64,000 bases of DNA from Laetmonice hystrix. Taxonomy: Eukaryota. Numbering within the stretch: position 1 is the stretch's first letter; each line of letters begins with the position of its first letter. Below are positions 12,097-22,000 of this stretch, in pieces. The notes under the pieces were generated by a model. The model was not told where the DNA came from. It worked only from the letters and a program-made list of their open reading frames with translations, and searched no databases. Where the stretch lies: assembly GCA_965235115.1 (NCBI GenBank), contig OZ249452.1, positions 10,664,001 through 10,728,000 of the forward strand. The letters are read 5' to 3'. Both the position numbers and the translations under genes were made by a program.

Positions 12097-13125
12097 ATGA
12101 AGCTGATTGTAATGGTCGCCGTGTTGGCGGTGTCTGTGTTAGCCTACGTCGTCACAGCCGAGACGCAGGTACGTCCATTTCCGTATCAATCAAAATGTTT
12201 ATGGCAAATGACGCCCGATTCTTAAAGGTATGGATGTTCCGGTAAAATCCCACATGCGATCCGACCTGAGGAACAGCTAATGCCGTCAGAAACTAACTGA
12301 AGATGATGAAATACAGAGGATGTATCCAAAAACAGTATACACTCAGAAAAAATTAACGAGAAACGAACGCATTTATTTCAGCAAATTCGTCCAGACATAT
12401 TGATATCACACCGTATATGGTGTCACGTTCTTTTTAAAGATTGTGTTGGCTAACACACGTAAAATATATAGTCAGGATAGAACGGTCAGGGTTAAGGCAT
12501 GCGGAGAAAACGTCGAGTCGGGGTCAAGACCAATATCAGGGACAACCCTTTCCCCCTATAGCTAGCGAGCAATACAAAGGCATCTCACAGGAGGAAAGTA
12601 GAGGATCAGGGGACCGTTTCACTAAACTGTTAACACTCGTATTTTACGAGCTCATATTTTCCGTAGATCATATAGCAAAATGTACGAGTTTGTTATTCTT
12701 TACGGGCCATAAGGCCATATACGAGCTCGTACAGTGAAACGAGGCCCACCTCTGTAGCGAGCAAGTTGATGGAGAGCACACCACCGCTATAGAATATACA
12801 GACAGGGACACCGGCCGCATCTGACGTCACTGAATAGACGCAGGAAGGTTAGACTCGTGTAATCTACACATAGGGAGCCTAGCAGTTGACGTCACTGAAT
12901 AGATGCAGGAAGATTAGACTTTAGGGTCCTCCAGTTAGCATGGCCCACTCATCCGACAGGAGGACGAAACTGCCTTTAATTTGTTTTGTTTTGTATTGGT
13001 CGCAGGGTGACGACAAGGCCGTGAAGATACTAGAGGCCCTCGTAAACAACCCGAGTGTGAACACTGAGGGTGAGCTGCGTGCCGAACGAGTGAAACGAGA
13101 CGCGTCATGGAGACGGAGCGGCAGC

Positions 13126-13162
<37 letters not shown>

Positions 13163-13293
13163 GCAGCGGCAGCGGCAGGGGTCGCGGCAGGGGTCGCGGC
13201 AGAGGACGCGGCAAAGGGCGCGGCAGGGGTCGCGGCAAAGGGCGCGGCAGGGGTCGCGGCAGCAGTAGCAGCGTAAAATACAAACGAGGCTAA
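12097..13293 (+). CDS. Secreted Ser/Arg/Gly-repeat prepropeptide, copy 2 (join 12097-12168, 13006-13293; 119 aa)
   Basis: MKLIVMVAVLAVSVLAYVVTAETQ|gtacgt ... ggtcgcag|GDDKAVKILEALVNNPSVNTEGELRAERVKR-DASWRRSGSG(S)11GSGSG(RG)6KG(RG)3KG(RG)3SSSSVKYKRG*; same phase-0 intron as copy 1. Confidence 0.8.
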
Positions 13294-14552
13294 GCGATTC
13301 CGGCCGGATCCCAGGAGGTGTAGGCATAGGCGGATCCAGGGGGCACAGGGGACACGCGCCCCTTTAGATTCCCTAATATACTCATTTTAATATAATTTTG
13401 TCATATTTACAACACTGGTGCATTTTAGGATATGATAAGTGGACTTAAAGAAGCAAATGGTTCTAACTAATGATATACAAGTCCTACCTGCAACAAAAGA
13501 GCTTTATTAACGGAAACAAACAAGAATTGTTTTCATGTGCCCCCCTCCCTTAATAAAATCCTGGATCTGCCAGTGGTAGCGGGTACCCTTTTGCCCGTAG
13601 CAAGATTTTGCATTAGAAAAAGAACAAACTTTATGTCATGATAGGAAACTATTTGGAATTATAGCCTGTTGAGACCTTGGCTACACTGTGGCACCAATGT
13701 TATGTGTATGAATACTACTTTAACTGTTAAATGATAAAAAAAATATTTACTTTAATCGTTAATGATTTAATTTTGGGATGCCACTCCATATCGAACCCTG
13801 GATCCGCAAGACGTCAGTATCATATTTGGCTTTCTTCACTTTTTTAGATTGCCCTCATTTAACGTAGCCTTACTGCCAGGCTTTTAACGGAATAAATTGT
13901 AGGTTTAGGCTGAGAAAGGCGGAGCTTGTTAGGTAGTTGTGGTGTAACACTTTCAGAAACTAAATAAAAAATGTGCGACTACTGCTGGACAATAGATTTT
14001 TTTTCAACCAAGTCCTGGGATGGCTTTGATCCCCTCCCCCTAAAAAAAAAGAAAATAATATTTAAAAAAAATAACAGAAAATAATCCCTTATTAAAATAG
14101 AAAATTTATTTTTAAAAAGGCCGATATACAGGACATTTTGAATATTAAAGGCGACGGGGTCGGGGCTTTTTATAAACATAATAATAAGACCTATTTTGAT
14201 CATATCTCTATGGCATCCTATAGTGTTGTAACGTTGCCAATGCACAATTTGTATTTTCCGAAGTTGTTTTTGGGTTCGGCATCACAAGTTACGTCCTGTC
14301 TGCGTCGCATTATTTACTGCAGGCAGGACTCTGGTGTAGATTCCGCAAAACCTATTATGTAGGCCTATATCTCGCGTGCGCTTATCCGCCCAGTCAATAT
14401 TCAAGTTGGCAGCCAATAACTAATCACAAAAACACAGTCTTTAACCCCCCCAAAAATCAATTTTTTATTGTTTACATACACAGAACCTTCAACTGAGCGC
14501 CAATATTCGCTTTCGTCGCGAATTCCTTCATAACTCTCAGATAATGACTAGC

Positions 14553-15192
14553 AGGGAACTGACGGAACATTCACTAGGCACCTGCAGGAACTGACGGAAC
14601 ATTCACCAGGCACCTACAGGAACTGGCGGAACATTCACCAGGCACCTACAGGAACTGACGGAACATTCACCAGGCACCTACAGGAACTGGCGGAACATTC
14701 ACCAGGCACCTACAGGAACTGACGGAACATTCACCAGGCACCTACAGGAACTGACGGAACATTCACCAGGCACCTACAGGAACTGGCGGAACATTCACCA
14801 GGCACCTACAGGAACTGACGGAACATTCACCAGGTACCTACAGGAACTGACGGAACATTCACCAGGCACCTGCAGGAACTGACGGAACATTCACCAGGCA
14901 CCTACAGGAACTGGCGGAACATTCACCAGGCACCTACAGGAACTGACGGAACATTCACTAGGCACCTACAGGAACTGACGGAACATTCACCAGGCACCTA
15001 CAGGAACTGACGGAACATTCACCAGGCACCTGCAGGAACTGACGGAACATTCACCAGGCACCTACAGGAACTGGCGGAACATTCACCAGGCACCTACAGG
15101 AACTGACGGAACATTCACCAGGCACCTACAGGAACTGACGGAACATTCACTAGGCACCTACAGGAACTGACGGAACATTCACCAGGCACCTG
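14553..15192. repeat. Minisatellite, 32-bp unit (AGGAACTGACGGAACATTCACCAGGCACCTAC), ~20 copies
   Basis: Direct head-to-tail repeats without spacers, between the convergent peptide and MPP7-like genes. Confidence 0.95.
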
Positions 15193-16040
15193 GCATATGA
15201 ATTCCTGATCGTATTAGCAATGCTGATAGCTTGAGGCCTTTGCGATAAACGCTGTATTTTACCCTTGTGGTTTCTTCACATTATGTCCAGCGCAATGTTT
15301 GGGAACCTCCATAAGATTTCAACCGGGGAGGTATGGGTGCATTATGCTTTAATAAATAACTATTGATAAGCGTATAATGTACTTTTTAGCGGCGCCAGTG
15401 TGAGCTAATATAGTGGAGAGAGCTATGTGGTTGGTTACTTAATACAAGGCTGGGATGATGAAAGTTTGACCGACATACAAGTTTCAACAGCGGTTTGCTC
15501 CACAACATTGTGGGCAAGACTGCGAGGAACAGCGGAAAGTTATATTTTCGCAGTGAATAAAGAGAGATGACTAGAGAATATGGAACACTTGAGACCATAC
15601 AAGACAATTTACATACATCTATAACATTTCCTACCCAGTATTTTTGCAACATCTCCTATGTGACCGATTTTTATTCATCTTCATTGCCCAAGGCTCAATT
15701 CTCAAGCCTTAAAGCTGAATAACAATGCCTGAAGGCGATTCAACATTTGCGAAGTCAAACCTTCAGCGTTACACATTCACAAAAACTCAGGGAGCATTCG
15801 TTTATTTCAGGATATCGCCAATCAGACATAAGTCAACTGCGAAATAAAAACTTCAAAACTTTAAAATCAAAACGAGACTGTGTGGTGTTTTCGTGGCGAA
15901 TCTTGCCTTAGCTGCCTGAGTCTGCGTGTACCCCGGTCAAACATAATATTAAACTCTGCCCAGACATATACACTGCATTTATTCCCCTTCCTAGCTGCGA
16001 CTCCACATTTTGGTTATAAAGTGGCAGCCTGCGCTTCCGG

Positions 16041-19000
16041 TCACCTGACCCAGGCGGCTGGCACCCAATGCGGCTCAGTTTGCACGCTGGCCGCTAGGTG
16101 GACTAACTCACTTCCGGCAGACGTCAGCTCGTCGTTGGTAATGGTGGCGTCCATGTAGTGTCCGTATATGGTCTCGAGACGGGCCGACGTGTTCAACATT
16201 TCTGTGAACTCCTCATCCTGCCGGACAGAGAACAATAGATGGGGATGAGATAGGGAAATATATACAGTTGCCTTATCGCACATCAATTGAATCCTGAACT
16301 GCCGAGGATTATCCCAAGATTTTCAAAGATCAGCTCATCCTGTTTTATTCGTTAGCGTCAACTCCCCGACCCCTACTCCTTTCACCTTTCACTGTTGGCA
16401 GCGGCATGGTATATTTAAATGAATATTTACATTGAACGGTCGCGACTTTTTCTCGTCGAACGTTGACTTGGCGTTCTGAGCACCACGTGTGACCTTGAGT
16501 CGTTCCTTGGAAGGTGGTTTGACGAACACGATGAACGGCTTCAGTTCGGGTGTCCGTAACATCTTGAGAGCCTGCAGACAAACTCCTTATGTTAGCTCCA
16601 ATCGTCAAATTAAATAGTCTTAACAAGACAAGTAGGTTAGTTTACTTAGCTTAGTCATATTGTAGACTTAACATTTAGCTTAAACTTAGCCAGGCTAGGT
16701 CCAGTATTACCTGTGGGTGGGGACAGAAGATAACTGTCCAGTATTACCTGTGGGTGGGGACAGAGGACAGCCACCTGTCCAGTATTACCTGTGGGTGGGG
16801 ACAGAGGACAGCCACCTGTCCAGTATTACCTGTGGGTGGGGACAGAGGACAGCCACCTGTCCAGTATTACCTGTGGGTGGGGACAGAGGACGACCACCTG
16901 TCCAGTATCACCTGTGGGTGAGGACAGAGGACAGCCACCTGTCCAGTATTACCTGTGGGTGGGGACAGAGGACAGCCACCTGTCCAGTATTACCTGTGGG
17001 TGGGGACAGAGGACAGCCACCTGTCCAGTATTACCTGTGGGTGGGGACAGAGGACAGCCACCTGTCCAGTATTACCTGTGGGTGGGGACAGAGGACGACC
17101 ACCTGTCCAGTATCACCTGTGGGTGAGGACAGAGGACAGCCACCTGTCCAGTATTACCTGTGGGTGGGGACAGAGGACAGCCACCTGTCCAATATTACCT
17201 GTGGGTGGGGACAGAGGACAGCCACCTGTCCAGTATTACCTGTGGGTGGGGACAGAGGACAGCCACCTGTCCAGTATTACCTGTGGGTGGGGACAGAGGA
17301 CAGCCACCTGTCCAGTATTACCTGTGGGTGGGGACAGAGGACAGCCACCTGTCCAGTATTACCTGTGGGTGGGGACAGAGGACAGCCACCTGTCCAGTAT
17401 TACCTGTGGGTGGGGACAGAGGACGGCCACCTGTCCAGTATTACCTGTGGGTGGGGACAGAGGACAGCCACCTGTCCAGTATTACCTGTGGGTGGGGACA
17501 GAGGACAGTCACCTGTCCAGTATTACCTGTGGGTGGGGACAGAGGACAGCCACCTGTCCAGTATTACCTGTGGGTGGGGACAGAGGACAGCCACCTGTCC
17601 AGTATTACCTGAGGGTGGGGACAGAGGACAGCCACCTGTCCAGTATTACCTGAGGGTGGGGACAGAAGATAACTGTCCAGTATTACCTGTGGGTGGGGAC
17701 AGAGGACAGCCACCTGTCCAGTATTACCTGTGGGTGGGGACAGAGGACAGCCACCTGTCCAGTATTACCTGTGGGTGGGGACAGAGGACAGCGACCTGTC
17801 CAGTATTACCTGTGGGTGGGGACAGCCACCTGTCCAGTATTACCCGTGGCTGGGGACAGAGGACAGCCACCTGTCCAATATTACCTGTGGGTGGGGACAG
17901 AGGACAACCACCTGTCCAGTATTACCTGTGGGTGGGGACAGAGGACAGCCACCTGTCCAGTATTACCTGTGGGTGAGGACAGAGGACAGCCACCTGTCCA
18001 GTATTACCTGTGGGTGGGGACAGAGGACAGCCACCTGTCCAGTATTACCTGTGGGTGGGGACAGAGGACAGCCACCTGTCCAGCGTTGATGATAGACTTG
18101 ATCGACTCCAGGCTGGTGCCGTAAAGGTTCCCCTTGTACTCGCCATATTCTACGAATCTGCAGCAACAAACGTCTTACTTGTTTATCAGCATTATAGACA
18201 AAAATTCCTGGGCTGTATGATTCTTCCACGTCAAATACCTAACTTCACACTTACGTAAGCTTTATATCGGACATTATTCTGTGGTAGCTACCAACCAACA
18301 CTTCAAATGACACAAACACTTTCACAGCAAGGAAAGCTGCTAGAACTGTGACGTCATCGCGAGCAGGTTGCCACGACACGTGGCCACGGTGGCTTCGCAT
18401 GACGAGAGCACTGTCTAATCGCGCCTGCTTGTTACAATAGATGCTATTGTGTCGACCATTAGTTTAGCTATACATTTTAGGCTTCTATATGATGGTGACA
18501 AGATCGCGACCTCTGGGGATTCTTACTTTTTACTCTGGATGTCTTTGTCCATTTCCTGTCGGGACACAAAGACGTATTCCTCGCCGTCAACCTCGGCAGG
18601 CTTCTTTGGACGAGACGTATCTGAAAAAATAAGAAAACGACTTACTAATGACTTACTAATCCTGCGCGTAAGGTGCTGCAATATGGCGGGGACATCTACT
18701 CACGTGGCACGGTGGATTTGAAGTGTGATGTGTTGGTAGCGATGAGACGCCGCTTGAGTTCATTACGGCCCACTCCAGGCGCACCTGACGTCACAAAGAA
18801 AAATATGACGTCAGCCATGGCTACTGGGTTTATTGTGTAAGGTGTAGGTTATGGGATGTTGGATGTGTTGTATGGGGTGTAGAGTATATATGGCGTGTTG
18901 GGTGTGAGGTATGGGGTGTTGTATGTGCTGTATGGGGTGTGGAGTGTTGGGTGTATGGGGTGTTGGTAGTCGTTTGATAGTCTATGGGGTATGGGGTAAA

Positions 19001-22000
19001 CTAGTCTATGGGGTATGAGGTAAACTCACCTATCAGAACGATGGGTCGTCCCTGCCCCGCCTTGGGATAATACCGCTCAACCTCCTCGTACGTAACTATC
19101 TCCTCCGCATCGTAATCTGACAGAAAACGGAACGGAATTTGATCATTTCAAGGATATTAACCGGAAACGAAACGGAATCTGGTCTATAAAGGCTCAGAAC
19201 TCGGAACATGACAGGAAAGGCAAGGGAATCACTGGTCTATAAAGGCTCAATACAAGGACAATCACCATGGAAACGGAATAATCTGTCAATAATCAGGTTA
19301 ATGAGATTACCATCATTCTGTTGAGCGTGGTACATAATCTTCTTTGTCTTTTTACTTTTCTTGTTGAGCTTGGGACTGAAGCGGCTGATTCTGGGACCTG
19401 TATCCAATGATAACATCTGTAGTCATCATTATCATTCAAAGAGGATAAGTCCTTATGATATTGGTATTCCTATCAAAACAATGGTATCTTCACAAAGAAA
19501 CAAAAGGACAAAAAAGGACAAAAAACTCGTACTTTTGTTGGACTTGGGACTGTTCTCAACCGATTCCCCGGTGCTGGTCTTCAATGCTTCTTTCCTGAAA
19601 CAACGAAAGCAGACTGCCATCAAAAAAGACATATTGTTTTATCTCAGTGAATTGGATCTCCATTTCATGTTAGGTGTTGATGATAATTAATGACCTCTCC
19701 TGTAGGGTACGGCCGGGTATGAGCTGTGACTAGGTGTTAATGATAATTAATGACCTCTCCTGTAGGCTACGGCCGGGTATGAGCTGTGACTAGGTGTTAA
19801 TGATAATTAATGACCTCTCCTGTAGGGTACGGCCGGGTATGAGCTGTGACTAGGTGTTGATGATAATTAATTACCTCTCCTGCAGTGTACGGCCGGGTAT
19901 GAGCTGTGACTAGGTGTTAATGATAATTAATTACCTCTCCTGCAGTGTACGGCCGGGTATGAGCTGTGACTAGGTGTTAATGATAATTAATTACCTCTCC
20001 TGCAGGGTACGGCCGGGTGTGAGCTGTGACTAGGTGTTAATGATAATTAATTACCTCTCCTGCAGGGTACGGCCAGGTATGAGCCCTGCCCTCATGTTGC
20101 GGTCTCCTTCTCTCCGGGCTTGCCACCAGTTGGGGTCGTCCTGAGATACGATGTTGAGGATATCTCCCCGTACAAAACTCAGACCAGCCTCCCGACACGG
20201 GATCAACTTGTCTGTACTAGGGTCGTAGTCAAAGTGAGCCCGTACCCGCATCTGAAACGGTGAAGGTGTTATATATAACTAGGGGCTGATCTAGGGGGCA
20301 ACGCCCCCCCCCCCCTAAAAATCGTAACTCATATCCTGGATACGACACCCCCGCTCCAACTGAAAATGGCTATCCCTGGCCAGGCCGACAATTACTGGTC
20401 AAACAGATGCGAAATAGGTCCAATACGTGTTCTTGATATCAGTAATTTGTTTTTGATCTGTTTAGTCTCATTTACATTAAAACATGTGTTACATGTTTTA
20501 TGGGCCCTAGAAACTTTCCAGACATAAACCTGACATAAGTAATGTATAAAGTACGTTGTACTTCTTGATGCTGTACTAGACCTACACAAATTTGGGTTTA
20601 CCATTTTCTAGACGAATTTTCTATTCTCACCCAAACAACCTAAGCAAGGACCACCTCTGGGCTAACGTTTAGGATTGGTTGCATTCAGTAATCTTACCTT
20701 GCTTTCTCTATATAAGCTGAAGTCTGCGTCGCCGGGAACTAATTTTAACGTGATGGGTCCTAACGTGTTTGTCTGTAAGCACAAAATACATTGACTCATT
20801 TTTCATTAAAAAACAATTATACCCCATTCAAATAGAAGTCCTGTGGAAACATAAAAGTGCCTCATCATTGAAACAATTGTAGAACGTAAAATTGTTAAAT
20901 AAAGTGTACTTTTTAAAAATTTTATTTTTGCTTTATTGTTTTTCATCAGGGTTCATGTTCTTCGGGCAGCAGTGTAGTTCTGTCTGTAATGATTAACTGG
21001 GTAATAAGTGAGCGGTAACATACCAGGAGCTGGACGACCTCGTCTGGTTCCTTGCCGTGGACTGACACTCCGTTCACCTCGTGTACTTCGTCTCCAGTGT
21101 GGATCAGCCCGGAGCGGTCTGCCGCCCCGCCGTGCAGGATCCGAGCTATCTGGATGGCTCCAGTCTCTTCATTCATCTGGATCGTCGCCCCCTGGTGGAA
21201 AACAACGGAAGCTCGGATACACGGGTTCATTGAGAATCACAAACAAAACTCGTCGTCAATGGTGACAAAAGCGCGCACGCCCTGGAGGTTTTGAAGTCAC
21301 AACTCCAGTGTAAAAATTACATTCTGAAACATTTCGTTATAGATATAGATATTTCGTTTTCATCGATTTCTGTGTGTTGTTGAATATATCTTGCCTTGAA
21401 GCAGAGCGAAGACCGAAGAGAAAGGGGGCTTTCTCCCATGATTAGCCCCCTCCTCCTTGGCACCCTAAAAATACCTTTCTCCGCCCCCCCTCCCCACACC
21501 CAACATAAGTTTCCTGGGTCTACCCCCTCTTAGAATTGACTGGGGTTATACTGACGAGAGGTTCGGTGCTGCCTTTGACCAGTCGGATCACCTTGACCGA
21601 CTCCTCGTCCTCATCAACCTCGTGTGGAATCTCCGGTAAGACGGGAATGTATTCCTTGACGGCGATCTGATCATGGCTGTGCATTAAACCCTGCGGATAC
21701 AGAAAACATAAGGCATCCTTCACATCAACGTCTGTAGATACATAAAACATAAGGCCTCCTTCACATCAACGCCTGCGGATACAGAAAACATAAGGCACCC
21801 TTCAAATCAACGCCTGGGGATACAGAAAACATAAGACATCCTTCACATCAACGCTTGCGGATACAGAAAACGTGAGGCACCCTTCAAATCAACGCTTGCG
21901 GATACAGAAAACGTGAGGCACCATTCACATCAACGCCTGTGGATACAGAAAACATAAGGCATCCTTTCAAATCAACGCCTGGGGATACAGAAAACATATT

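Larger units (their letters stand above)
9511..14224 (+). repeat. Duplicated block, copy 2 (true start probably upstream, possibly ~8.0 kb)
   Basis: Colinear near-identity to 1-8012 apart from TE indels; ~9360-9510 is also repeated at ~9800-9965 and ~290-460. Confidence 0.9.

Noticed and set aside
6770-13327. Overlapping antisense or alternate-frame ORFs (CRDP, PRPL, poly-C/L, RQGS repeats)
   Set aside because: Shadows of the GC-rich RG/Ser codon repeats; only the plus frame joins the signal-peptide exon in phase in both copies.
14553-15192. 32-bp unit contains CTGTAG|GT on the minus strand, like the splice-site arrays
   Set aside because: Lies ~850 bp beyond the stop codon with no supported exon; AGGT can occur by chance.
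16717-18124. Long plus-strand ORFs (up to 419 aa) with [14 protein letters not shown] repeats
   Set aside because: Translations of the 41-bp minisatellite in shifting frames, antisense to a spliced gene.
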